From an uncultured Maribacter sp. (GTDB lineage: Bacteria; Bacteroidota; Bacteroidia; Flavobacteriales; Flavobacteriaceae): a stretch of DNA of 36,689 nt. The notes beneath the pieces were generated by a model that was not told where the DNA came from, did not search any database, and saw nothing but the letters and a program-made list of their open reading frames with translations. Of this stretch, positions 1 through 9,075 are shown in pieces; position 1 is the stretch's first letter; the number at the start of each line of letters is the position of its first letter. Location of the stretch: positions 1 through 36,689 of the forward strand of contig CAJQMW010000508.1 in assembly GCA_905479535.1 (NCBI GenBank), read 5' to 3'. The translations under genes were made by a program, and so were the position numbers.

Positions 1-24
1 GAAAACCCTTCTTTCAATGGGTTT

Positions 25-2646
25 ATGTCTGAATTTTTGCTGTTCAAAAATAACCTAATAAATAGCCGGAATGATCTGCACTACGATGTAAATGGGTTTT
101 ATAATATCGACGACGAGAATAAAAATGCTATAATAAACAAAGGATATAATATCACCTTACCTTCACTAGATACAATCAGTATTGGTACGCAGGTTGTGAT
201 AAATACAACTAATAACGCTCGGCAGGGATATGTGATAAGTATTGATTCTATATACTCAAAAGGAGCATTGTTGCCATTCATAACCACAAGAGGGAATAAC
301 TCATACACCTTTCAAGCAGTTAAAGATAGCAGGGATAGACTCTCGTGGCAGTTGATTGGATCTACGGATATTAGCTATACCAATGCTGATACAATAGGTG
401 TTGTTAATCTGTTTAGATTAGATTACCTTCCATCTAAAAGGTATGAAGTAGGAAAAATTGTAAAGCTTTCAAACGGAGCAGAATATGAAATAGTCCAAGC
501 TTTGATTCCTGGAACCACAGTAGACGGTATAGGGCAAATACAATTAGCAAACAACAATTACGCAAGGATTAGAGGGGAAGATGGTGCGATCAAATATAGC
601 TGGTTTGAAAAGGCAACTACTAATCCAGATTCAAATCACCTCATCGGTCAGGCAGCATTAAACTACGCACTTTTTGCTCCTGGCATTAATGAAGTACTGT
701 TTGATTATGATACCGCTACCTTCAAAGATGAAATGTTTATACCCCCACATATCACCGCTAGGGGGCTGTCAAAAACAGGTGCAGATTTTGATGATAATAT
801 TAAACAATACACCTACGCTGATTTCCAGGGCGACACAACTAAATGGGTATTTAGGACTTTACAAACAGGTGAATATTATGTCTTTGGTGCAGGAGCTAAA
901 GATTTCTATATAGAAGCAGTTAGCGAAGGCGGTGGAGGTGTTTTTTGCGACTCAGGATGGGGTAATCATTTTGAAAATATTACTATCGAGGGAACAAGCA
1001 ATAAATATTTCCATGACGGATTTGCAGTAAGTAATTCACTTCACGTTAGAGGTGAAAATATATACGTACTCGATTGTATTAGAGACTTCAGTGGTAATGT
1101 GCCAGCAAGCAATAGTGGAAGTATAGGAGGGGGCTCTAATGTTAGAATGTATAGCTGTGGTGCACAGGGAGGTGACTATGGGCTATATAATTTTCCTCGA
1201 AGCTCCTTTTTTGAGATAAATATGGAGGCTCAGGATAGTACTTCTATCTATAGTGACGCAGGATCAAACATTACTATATATAAAATTGAGGGAGAAAGAA
1301 ATATCAAATTATTTGATCTACCTAAAGGTGATTTAAGGATTTTTGGTGGCAAATATACTTCATTAGGTGGGGTGTCTACTACACTTGGTACTGTTGATAC
1401 TGGATCAGTACACATCATGGATATTGAAAGATTAGGTTTAAGCCCAAATTCAGGCATAACAACTGCTAACACTAGTTCTTTCGTGTTAGAGAACAATGCT
1501 ATGAATATAAATAGTCTTTCTGAGCCAGGACTTATATTTTATGATATGGGGGTTGTTACCCTAAAAAATAATTATGCTAATGATGTAATTGAGTCTGGAC
1601 GAGAAAAACCACTCTCTATTGAAAATCGTAACGAATTAGTAGATTCCTATATTAAGCGAGGGTCTTTGCTGGATACAGATTTATCAGGAACTAGTAGATT
1701 ATCCATTACCGCAACAAAAGACACTTTAAATATGGTGCCTCATTCTGCTTTTTATAATGAACTGTCAGATTGGGAAGGAGTTAATGTCTCTGGGGTTATA
1801 ATAGCAGGAGACACCGTAATAACTAATCACTTAGGAGATACTACTACTGCTATATATGTGACCTACTCTTCAGACATAGGAGGATCGGTTTCTTATATAG
1901 ATTATATAGATTTGAATGGTAGCATATACGAGGGAGAAAATTACAATGTAAGTTTTTACGCTTTTCGCAAAGGTTCTGGTTCGGCGTCATTACTTCTAAC
2001 GCTTCGAGATGATAGGGAATTAAAATTCCCTCCAATAATAAGCTCTGAGCCGCACAGGTATAGCTTACATAAGACAGCCGAAAGCACCCAAGATGACATG
2101 TACTGGAGAATGAGTAATGGGGCAACGGCGGGGGATACTATTTTTATCTATGGCGTGCAAGTCTCAAAAGGAATTTGGGAACGGGATTATCAGAAAACCC
2201 CAACCATCGAAAGTGACAATCCTTATATTTCTGTGCCAAATGGATCTCTTGAAGTGAGAGGCAACACAACTATCACCGGCACCCTCACCGCCGAAAAATA
2301 CCACACCTTCCAGCCCGTCCAGTACAACGCACTGGACACGATCACAGTGGACACCCTAAACACCGCCTTCGCCATCCCCCCCGATCTAGACGGGCTGGAC
2401 GTCACCAACGCAACCTACACCACCAACGCCAACGTAAGCGCAAACACCACCGTAAGGCTACTATATTACGATGTATCAGCCGACACTTACACCGCATTCG
2501 GATCAGGAACTATAACCAGCAGCACCAACCAAATACAAGTCACCGGACTAACCCAAACCGTCACGTCAGGAGATTGGATATATGCCGAAGTAACAGCCAG
2601 CGGAGGCGAAGCAAACGGATTGTCTGTAAACCTAAGATTTCAATGA
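25..2646 (+). CDS. Tailspike/tail-fibre-like receptor-binding protein (beta-helix core, CBM-like domain, separate C-terminal domain)
   Basis: 873 aa. Tailspike-like linker (GAEYEIV...DGIGQIQLANNNYARI), Gly/Asn/Ser/Ile-rich beta-helix-like middle, CBM4/9-like segment (NMVPHSAF...YNVSFYA...IYGVQVSKG). Lies at the end of a probable structural module. Fold assignments are inference. Confidence 0.6.
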   Translation: MSEFLLFKNNLINSRNDLHYDVNGFYNIDDENKNAIINKGYNITLPSLDTISIGTQVVINTTNNARQGYVISIDSIYSKGALLPFITTRGNNSYTFQAVKDSRDRLSWQLIGSTDISYTNADTIGVVNLFRLDYLPSKRYEVGKIVKLSNGAEYEIVQALIPGTTVDGIGQIQLANNNYARIRGEDGAIKYSWFEKATTNPDSNHLIGQAALNYALFAPGINEVLFDYDTATFKDEMFIPPHITARGLSKTGADFDDNIKQYTYADFQGDTTKWVFRTLQTGEYYVFGAGAKDFYIEAVSEGGGGVFCDSGWGNHFENITIEGTSNKYFHDGFAVSNSLHVRGENIYVLDCIRDFSGNVPASNSGSIGGGSNVRMYSCGAQGGDYGLYNFPRSSFFEINMEAQDSTSIYSDAGSNITIYKIEGERNIKLFDLPKGDLRIFGGKYTSLGGVSTTLGTVDTGSVHIMDIERLGLSPNSGITTANTSSFVLENNAMNINSLSEPGLIFYDMGVVTLKNNYANDVIESGREKPLSIENRNELVDSYIKRGSLLDTDLSGTSRLSITATKDTLNMVPHSAFYNELSDWEGVNVSGVIIAGDTVITNHLGDTTTAIYVTYSSDIGGSVSYIDYIDLNGSIYEGENYNVSFYAFRKGSGSASLLLTLRDDRELKFPPIISSEPHRYSLHKTAESTQDDMYWRMSNGATAGDTIFIYGVQVSKGIWERDYQKTPTIESDNPYISVPNGSLEVRGNTTITGTLTAEKYHTFQPVQYNALDTITVDTLNTAFAIPPDLDGLDVTNATYTTNANVSANTTVRLLYYDVSADTYTAFGSGTITSSTNQIQVTGLTQTVTSGDWIYAEVTASGGEANGLSVNLRFQ

Positions 2647-3203
2647 AGCGACTAATGCAAACATTATTCTTCCTTTTTCCGGTGATTGTTTGGGCACAGC
2701 CTGGGCCAGACCTAAACAGCCGATTGTTGGATTCCGGGTTTATTGCTTACGAGGATATTACCAGCCCCGATGTAACATTATCGGCAGATGATACAATAAC
2801 CCTCTACTTGGAACCTGACCTAATCGAACGCAGAAACCGGCCAATAAGATCAGACAGCCTTTACAATAGATCAGACAGTACTTTGATCGGTCGGAATGGT
2901 TGCGCCTATATTACTGTTTTCCAGTTTACGATTACGCAGAATACTAATACAGACACCGGAGTATCCTTTTGGGTTGATATAGGTGGAGCTATACCTCCGC
3001 TTTACGTTAGGGGGGAAAAGCTGACCAGAGGTATTGGAACTGTGACGCAGACCAACAAAAGTACAGGGGTTTACACCCTGGATACATGGGAGGCTAACGG
3101 CGGGAAGATTAAAGTAACAACGGATCAGGAGATTGACATAAAGCTAAACAGGATAATCACGTACCAGATTCACGAACGGTACGGGGTTCCATTTTCAAAT
3201 TAA
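2643..3203 (+). CDS. Hypothetical beta-rich protein with N-terminal signal peptide
   Basis: ATG at 2643 overlaps the upstream stop (ATGA). MKRLMQTLFFLFPVIVWA|Q fits a Bacteroidota signal peptide with Q at +1. Confidence 0.6.
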   Translation: MKRLMQTLFFLFPVIVWAQPGPDLNSRLLDSGFIAYEDITSPDVTLSADDTITLYLEPDLIERRNRPIRSDSLYNRSDSTLIGRNGCAYITVFQFTITQNTNTDTGVSFWVDIGGAIPPLYVRGEKLTRGIGTVTQTNKSTGVYTLDTWEANGGKIKVTTDQEIDIKLNRIITYQIHERYGVPFSN

Positions 3204-3371
3204 ACACTTTAAGGAGGGCCGTTAACAAGCCCCGCAAGTGTTGGCGCACCTGCGAAGGCTCCGACCCTCCAAAGCGATTAAGCGGAGTGAAGATAGTTTT
3301 TGCCCCGCGAATTTCCAAAATCAGCACCCCCGGCAGATCAGGAAACCATACTATGAAAAAAAGAGGGGACC

Positions 3372-3992
3372 ATGAATGTATTCTTTTTGATTTTACTAAT
3401 TACGCTCGTAATGGGCGTGTTACCTTATTATTTCATGGTTCACATACCAAAAGAAAGGCTAAAGCAATACCGGAGAAAATTAGGCGCAAGGCATGATATT
3501 AAGCGCATTATTGACAACCTACGGGTAAACACCTGCTTGGATCAGGTATTGGTCTGGGAGAGTTACAACGGGGATGGAATAGCGAGTTTCGGCAATAAGC
3601 TAAAAATTTCCGTTGTGGAGCAATCCAGAGAAGAACCATTTAGGGATGTGTATGAAGATTTCCAAGGGCTACTTATTTACGGCGATGCGATTGATATAAT
3701 GATGCAAATGCAGCAAAATGGATCGACGGCCCGGTTTATGCACAATCTAAACGACGGGATTTACAAGCGAATATTTGAGGGTGAAGGGGCCTATTGGACT
3801 GAATGGAAAGCCATAGGGCCGGGATCAGACAAGCGGTTTTTCTTTATTTCTATGTCAACAGCGGAACCACGAACACCCTATGAATTAAACCAGGGTGGTC
3901 ACGTTGAGATAGCCATAAACAAGTTAAGGAACAAGTACAAGCAAATGAGCATGAAGCCGATTAACTGGATTGGAAGGAATCTATACTTGTAA
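3372..3992 (+). CDS. Membrane-anchored protein, possible holin (single TM plus soluble domain)
   Basis: N-terminal hydrophobic helix followed by a ~170 aa soluble domain, located after tail genes. Holin role is inferred from architecture and position only. Confidence 0.35.
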   Translation: MNVFFLILLITLVMGVLPYYFMVHIPKERLKQYRRKLGARHDIKRIIDNLRVNTCLDQVLVWESYNGDGIASFGNKLKISVVEQSREEPFRDVYEDFQGLLIYGDAIDIMMQMQQNGSTARFMHNLNDGIYKRIFEGEGAYWTEWKAIGPGSDKRFFFISMSTAEPRTPYELNQGGHVEIAINKLRNKYKQMSMKPINWIGRNLYL

Positions 3993-4096
3993 TGGGTCCG
4001 CGAACTAAAAGAATATGGGAAAATTGGTATAAGCCACGTTCACAGTGGCCGCCTTTATATGTGAGAAAAGCACAAGATTTTTTAATTTCTAAACAA

Positions 4097-4627
4097 ATGA
4101 ACATGGAAGATCAAAATTTGGCCCCAAAACTCATTAACGCCAATCTTGATGTAATCGAATCGGAGGTTCTAACCAAGCTACCGCCTGATATTTTCAAGCT
4201 TGCCAAAGCAGCCTCAGACGCAATTGGGGAAACCGGAGTGGTGTTATTTGACGGCGAACCCGCGAACGGCCCACAGGTAGAAAAGATTTGGCGCGAATAT
4301 GTCAATATCCACTTGGTAGATTTTGCCACCGTGAAAGCCCAGGGCGAAGCCGAAAAGATCAATTCCGATATTTTGCGCAATTTGGCGCAAGTGTTGATCA
4401 ATCCGGCGTCAAGATCACTCAAAGCCCTTACCGATGAAATTACCGATGATGGGGAGCAGTTGAAAGCAGAATGGGAGGCTTTTTTGAAAGAAGGGCAAAA
4501 CTTGAAAATCCTGCTCAACAACACCCTGAAACCACTTTTGGAGCTTATCGACTTCATTAACCCGTCACTTGTCACGCTTCTGGTAGGTCTTGCAGAGGAT
4601 CAAATCAGAAGTGCGCTGGAAAGATAA
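4097..4627 (+). CDS. Hypothetical helical protein with an internal repeat
   Basis: Likely start is ATG 4097 after an A-rich leader (ORF track extends to 3992). Two similar segments: VLFDGEPANGPQVEKIWREYV and ALTDEITDDGEQLKAEWEAFL. Confidence 0.6.
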   Translation: MNMEDQNLAPKLINANLDVIESEVLTKLPPDIFKLAKAASDAIGETGVVLFDGEPANGPQVEKIWREYVNIHLVDFATVKAQGEAEKINSDILRNLAQVLINPASRSLKALTDEITDDGEQLKAEWEAFLKEGQNLKILLNNTLKPLLELIDFINPSLVTLLVGLAEDQIRSALER

Positions 4628-4645
4628 AGCGATTGGATTCTGAGT

Positions 4646-4778
4646 AAGCCCGGCTATTTCGAGGGGATTTGGCCGGGTTTTTTGAATGAATTGTTTTTTC
4701 TCATTGGAGGGCTAACCGACTGTGTGCGGTTGGCCCTTTCTGATTAAAAAGCCCGGTCCTACACAAGTAGTCCGGGCC
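4646..4778. terminator. Three hairpins at the convergence of opposing operons
   Basis: aagcccggct...ggccgggttt followed by a T-run; ggagggctaaccg/cggttggccctttc; aaaaagcccgg...ccgggc (T-run on the minus strand). Confidence 0.7.
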
Positions 4779-4801
4779 TCAATTATAATCCCATGAATGT
4801 A

Positions 4802-5290
4802 TTAATAATTGTTTTGAATATAGTTCTTATTGATCGTCACTCCCGGACCCCGGTTTTCGTGGATCACTCTTTTCGTGGTTTTGATCTTTGAAACAACAAT
4901 TGCAATGGGAATGATCAGTAACAAACCGATCAAATACGGCAACACTTCAATATAGGGCATTACAAACATCGCAGCCGCACCAATAGCGACAACACCCCCG
5001 GCGATCTTCAAAGAAGCAGACAGGATGTAATTAGCCGCATTATCCCAGGACTTTGCACTTTCCACACTTGCCGGATTCAAAAACAACTCATGCCGCTTAA
5101 ATCCCTTATGTGTATCTTCGATTTCGTAGTATTCAGAGGGTAAACCACTATATTTTCCAAAAGATGCAGCAGAACGGCTTAAAATAGCCCGTCCTTCCGG
5201 GCTGTCCGGGTGAGGTTCGTAACCTAGTTTAATTAGTTCTGCTTGTTCGCGGGGGATGTTTAAGGGGATGTATTGTTTTTTCTCATTCAT
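4802..5290 (-). CDS. Hypothetical membrane protein
   Basis: 162 aa with two C-terminal hydrophobic helices; part of a tightly packed minus-strand operon. Confidence 0.65.
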   Translation of the reverse strand: MNEKKQYIPLNIPREQAELIKLGYEPHPDSPEGRAILSRSAASFGKYSGLPSEYYEIEDTHKGFKRHELFLNPASVESAKSWDNAANYILSASLKIAGGVVAIGAAAMFVMPYIEVLPYLIGLLLIIPIAIVVSKIKTTKRVIHENRGPGVTINKNYIQNNY

Positions 5291-5302
5291 TGTTATTCCC
5301 TT

Positions 5303-5944
5303 TTATTCCTGTTTTAAAATATACTTTTCATACCATTCAGGGTCTTTGGTTCCTAACTCCAAGTGTCGATTCTTCCGATCTTCCAAAATATATTCAAGCA
5401 GCCTACCGGGCCAATCAACGTCCCATTGTTCGTTGGGGTGTGTATGGTCTGCAAAATGAATAGCAATTACACTTGGATTACTTTGATTGTTTGCGCCTCT
5501 TAGTTTTTCCTCATGCTCTCTTTTTCGCTTGCCTACTGTTTTGTCCCTTGGCGCGTACTTAGAATAGACGTAGATATTTTCCTTGATGTTGGAATAGCAT
5601 TCAATTTCCTTGCCTTTCATCCAGCGTTTAGCCCGCCTATAAGCCATTAGTACAATGATGTACAAAAACAGTAAGCACATAGCAGTGGATTCCAAGCCGG
5701 AATCAAAACTTATCCATGTGGCTACTAGAATAGGTATGCCACCAAAAAGGATTTGGGCGTTCTTAAACCTAGTCTCCCACAACTGCAATTCCTGGAACCA
5801 TTCATCTTGATACCCTTCTATCCTTTCTACTGCCTCTGCGTAAGAAATTGCGTACTCATGCGGGATGTTTGCGTAATCATTTTCCGCATTCCGATAGGGG
5901 CTAAACCCTTGTGTTTGCTGACTTTTTTGGTTTTCTGCGTACAT
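5303..5944 (-). CDS. Hypothetical membrane protein
   Basis: 213 aa with two central TM-like helices. Confidence 0.65.
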   Translation of the reverse strand: MYAENQKSQQTQGFSPYRNAENDYANIPHEYAISYAEAVERIEGYQDEWFQELQLWETRFKNAQILFGGIPILVATWISFDSGLESTAMCLLFLYIIVLMAYRRAKRWMKGKEIECYSNIKENIYVYSKYAPRDKTVGKRKREHEEKLRGANNQSNPSVIAIHFADHTHPNEQWDVDWPGRLLEYILEDRKNRHLELGTKDPEWYEKYILKQE

Positions 5945-5957
5945 TTGCGTTGTATTT

Positions 5958-6428
5958 TTAGTTGCCCCCTCCCCCTATGCGGTGGAAGTGGTTGAAAATA
6001 GCCCAATGATCCTGGACTACCCGTAAGCTATATCCTTCCTCACTTAGCCTATCACAAGCCTTTTGAGCCGACAGTTTTTGTGCCCATAGAATTTTCAACC
6101 TTGCCGCTTTGATTAAATCTAAATGATCGTAAGTTTTATCAGGCCAACCACCATTTTTTATCACCTCTGTTTCTTCTTTACTTAAATCCGGGTTTCGCTT
6201 AACTTTTTTCTTGTGCGCAAATTCTGATTCAATGACCCCGTTTTCAAGTTCCGTATCCACATAAGGCATTCCGGTTGATTTTCCTGTCCAGTGGACTTCA
6301 CTTTTAATTTCAAACTCTTTTGGCTTTTGTGGTTCTGTTTTTTTCGGGCCGGGGTGTATCCTTTCCGTTGGGTCGGTGCTACCCGTCAGCATTTCGATTA
6401 TTGAAAAGAAGATTTCACCTAGTCCCAT
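5958..6428 (-). CDS. Hypothetical protein, possible C-terminal HTH
   Basis: 156 aa; LSAQKACDRLSEEGYSLRVVQDHW resembles an HTH. Confidence 0.55.
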   Translation of the reverse strand: MGLGEIFFSIIEMLTGSTDPTERIHPGPKKTEPQKPKEFEIKSEVHWTGKSTGMPYVDTELENGVIESEFAHKKKVKRNPDLSKEETEVIKNGGWPDKTYDHLDLIKAARLKILWAQKLSAQKACDRLSEEGYSLRVVQDHWAIFNHFHRIGGGGN

Positions 6429-7226
6429 TTATTCCTTAAAGTACAAAAATGAGTAAGCGAGCAAACCCAACGGAATTGCAATTGAAAGAATGAATCTACC
6501 GAAGCAATGCCAACCGTCAACAGCCCACGGTTCAATCAAGCAGAAATTGGTTGAGAATTGAATGAACAGCATTATGAAAAGCCAAATATTCCTAGTTGGA
6601 ATCCCTTGCATTTCTTTCTTTGGATCGGTAGACATTGCAATCATAAATCCAGCCGCTTCAAAAAGAATCCCGGTTAACATTGCAGCCCAAAAAGGAACAA
6701 TGAAATTTAATCCATTAATGACCTTTTGTTCCATGCTTGCAAACATATAAGCCTGACCACCGACCATAGCCGAAACAAAAACAAATCTAATCAAAGGAGA
6801 TTCAAGTATGGCACGGCCTAAGTCAAATTCAAACACTCTTTGAATCCATGATTTATTGACGCCGCTTTCACTGATTTCAACCATTGATTCCTTCGGAGCT
6901 TCAACAATGGATTCCTTTTTGATTTCACTTTTCATTTCCTCTTGAATCCCTCTTGAATCCTTTTTGATTTCAACTGTTGATTTCATGGATTCCGGTTCTT
7001 TGATTCCCGTTGAATCACTCACCATTAAAAGCAGTTTCTTTGCCTTCTTTGCGGTTGTTGATTTACTGGAATTAGTATAGTGATTCAATAGGATTTCGGT
7101 AGTCCCATTCAATACCGCATTCTTACCCCATTGCTTATTTGGGAATAATTCTTTCCCGGCCTTGTAAACGCTGTTCCAAGAAACCCCTAATTCATCCGCA
7201 AAAGTTGAAACTGTATATTCTTTCAT
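6429..7226 (-). CDS. N-terminal HTH plus low-complexity linker plus 4-TM membrane protein
   Basis: YTVSTFADELGVSWNSVYKA is an HTH; the linker is E/K/S-rich; four hydrophobic helices at the C-terminus. Confidence 0.65.
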   Translation of the reverse strand: MKEYTVSTFADELGVSWNSVYKAGKELFPNKQWGKNAVLNGTTEILLNHYTNSSKSTTAKKAKKLLLMVSDSTGIKEPESMKSTVEIKKDSRGIQEEMKSEIKKESIVEAPKESMVEISESGVNKSWIQRVFEFDLGRAILESPLIRFVFVSAMVGGQAYMFASMEQKVINGLNFIVPFWAAMLTGILFEAAGFMIAMSTDPKKEMQGIPTRNIWLFIMLFIQFSTNFCLIEPWAVDGWHCFGRFILSIAIPLGLLAYSFLYFKE

Positions 7227-7501
7227 TTTCCTTTATTTTCAATCAAGTGATCTTCCGGGAAATCCATATCCGTTTTATCTCTTTCAACCCATCTACGTTC
7301 ACCGTTCTTAAACTCTTTTAAGTAGTATTTGGCGTTGCCTTCCAAAGCGTCTATTTGACCATCCATGTATGTCTTGCTGAAATCTCTAAGCATACCAAGT
7401 AAAAGAGGTATTGAAAATCCAAACATCATAATTATAAATACATACAAGAAAACCATGCTATCCGAAGCTTGGCAAAAGTCATTTCTTATTGATTCAATCA
7501 T
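7223..7501 (-). CDS. Small membrane protein
   Basis: One TM helix; start and stop overlap the neighbouring genes. Confidence 0.6.
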   Translation of the reverse strand: MIESIRNDFCQASDSMVFLYVFIIMMFGFSIPLLLGMLRDFSKTYMDGQIDALEGNAKYYLKEFKNGERRWVERDKTDMDFPEDHLIENKGK

Positions 7502-7892
7502 TTTTCATTGGCCTTGGAAGTGACTGCCATCCGATAGGATGAGTAATAAGTATATAGCGTCCATCTTCATCGGTTAAGTTATTGTAATACCATGAACCCC
7601 GTTTGCAGAAACCAATGCAAATTTCTTCCGTTACCTCTGTAATCAAGACTAGCGTTCCATCCTTCGGCGCGGTATCCATTGGTTGCCATTCTGTTTCGTC
7701 AAGCCATTCAAAATCACCCCAACGCCAAATTGAGTCAAATTGCGGAGGTGTACGAATACCGTTAATAGAAACCATCCAAGGGGAAACCACAAACTTTGGA
7801 CCTAATCCGTTTCTGATAACTACCCCGGTCCAATCTTTCGGTTGCCGTTCGGTTGCTTTTATCCATTGCATAGTAGATTGATTTTCATTCAA
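7494..7892 (-). CDS. DUF551-like phage protein (two tandem modules)
   Basis: WIKATERQP and WQPMDTAPKDGT...THPIGWQSLPRP are typical DUF551-type motifs. Confidence 0.65.
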   Translation of the reverse strand: MNENQSTMQWIKATERQPKDWTGVVIRNGLGPKFVVSPWMVSINGIRTPPQFDSIWRWGDFEWLDETEWQPMDTAPKDGTLVLITEVTEEICIGFCKRGSWYYNNLTDEDGRYILITHPIGWQSLPRPMKND

Positions 7893-8097
7893 ACTTTATT
7901 GTAAAAACTCGTTTTGATAAATCAGTATAGGCCACAAATTGCAATTCACTAAGCTGCTCCATTGACTTTAAATCTTCATTTTGTTCTTTTATGAACAGAG
8001 TAATTTTATTACACACGGCATCAACGTAGTGATTGTAGTTGTCAAACTCAACATCATGCTTAATTACTATTTTGTGGTGTGTTTCGTGTTTTTTCAT
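7885..8097 (-). CDS. Hypothetical protein
   Basis: Coupled ORF in the minus-strand operon. Confidence 0.55.
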   Translation of the reverse strand: MKKHETHHKIVIKHDVEFDNYNHYVDAVCNKITLFIKEQNEDLKSMEQLSELQFVAYTDLSKRVFTIKFE

Positions 8098-8432
8098 TTC
8101 TTCTCACCAAAGTCAAACAGATTGATTGGGTCTTTTAGGTAATCTTCTAACTCTCCCTTGTATTCATCCCAAAACTTGTTTTCAAGATTGATGAAGATTG
8201 TAAATGAAATTTGACCACCGTGTTCAAAAACACCATCTTCCGCCAATTCAAATTTATCAGACAGTGATTTAGTTAAAAGCAGGGTGATTACCTTTACTTG
8301 CATGTCGGTAATACCATAGGCAGACTTGAACCAAACAAGGGTATGTTCAAAGTCCACAACTTCCCATTCGATACTTGCTAATATTTCAGCAGGTGTTTTT
8401 TCTTTTTCTGATTTAATAGGCACTGGTTTCAT
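8094..8432 (-). CDS. Hypothetical protein
   Basis: ATGA-coupled ORF. Confidence 0.6.
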   Translation of the reverse strand: MKPVPIKSEKEKTPAEILASIEWEVVDFEHTLVWFKSAYGITDMQVKVITLLLTKSLSDKFELAEDGVFEHGGQISFTIFINLENKFWDEYKGELEDYLKDPINLFDFGEKK

Positions 8433-8773
8433 GCTGCAAATTTTTGATCCCGATCCAAGATATTTGCCGTGCGTTTGGCGTCCAGGTTTTTTACTGCCTC
8501 ATTCATAATCACCTCACGCCCTGTAAAATCCAAATCCCAAAGCACATCTTTAACGGGCCGGTCGGCTCCATGCTCCATTTCAAGCATGAGTTCGCCCAAT
8601 TGGTTTTCATAGGTTTCAACTTTATCCCAATGCCCGGAGCTTGTCAGGCAAAATAAAGCTGTCTCAAATTCAAGATAGTAGTTTTCCGTTTTCTCTCCAA
8701 CCAGTGCCTTGATGATTAAAAAATCACTGGCTACATTCCAGGAAACTAATTCATTTTGGTGTTCGGTATTCAT
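8429..8773 (-). CDS. Hypothetical protein
   Basis: ATGA-coupled ORF. Confidence 0.6.
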   Translation of the reverse strand: MNTEHQNELVSWNVASDFLIIKALVGEKTENYYLEFETALFCLTSSGHWDKVETYENQLGELMLEMEHGADRPVKDVLWDLDFTGREVIMNEAVKNLDAKRTANILDRDQKFAA

Positions 8774-8955
8774 TTTGTTTCTATCTTGTCGTTGATTTTA
8801 ACGTCATTCCTTTTGATAAAATCGTCAAGAACATAGTCTAACGCCTTAGACATATCTACGTTTTTTCTTTTCCCCATGCGGTACAAATAATCAGCAATAG
8901 CCACAAGTTTCGGCTTTCTTTGCTTTATGTTTTTCATGGCTATCAAATCTCCCAT
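8770..8955 (-). CDS. Small basic protein, possible Cro/ribbon-helix-helix-like regulator
   Basis: First gene after the leftward promoter; basic and helical. Function inferred from position. Confidence 0.4.
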   Translation of the reverse strand: MGDLIAMKNIKQRKPKLVAIADYLYRMGKRKNVDMSKALDYVLDDFIKRNDVKINDKIETK

Positions 8956-8995
8956 TGAACCTTTTTGTTATATTTGCGTATATAGAACGTATATA

Positions 8996-9049
8996 CAAAT
9001 GTATAAAAGTAAATCGGATTTACAAAATATTTAGTAAATAATATTTACT
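8996..9049 (-). promoter_or_regulatory. Leftward Bacteroidota-type promoter with adjoining palindromic operator
   Basis: Minus strand TTTG (9026-9023) then TACATTTG (9003-8996). Overlapping palindromes ATATTTAGTAAATA (9027-9040) and AGTAAATAATATTTACT (9033-9049). Confidence 0.65.
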
Positions 9050-9075
9050 TTGTCCTCAAATAGTAAACTTGTCTA

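Noticed and set aside
2260-2646. AAC-rich tail-gene C-terminus as a diversity-generating retroelement VR/TR
   Set aside because: No reverse transcriptase and no second near-copy differing at adenines in this window; a module swap explains it. Cannot be excluded outside the window.
3372-4627. Complete lysis cassette
   Set aside because: No endolysin or spanin motifs were recognised in the window; only a tentative holin-like architecture.
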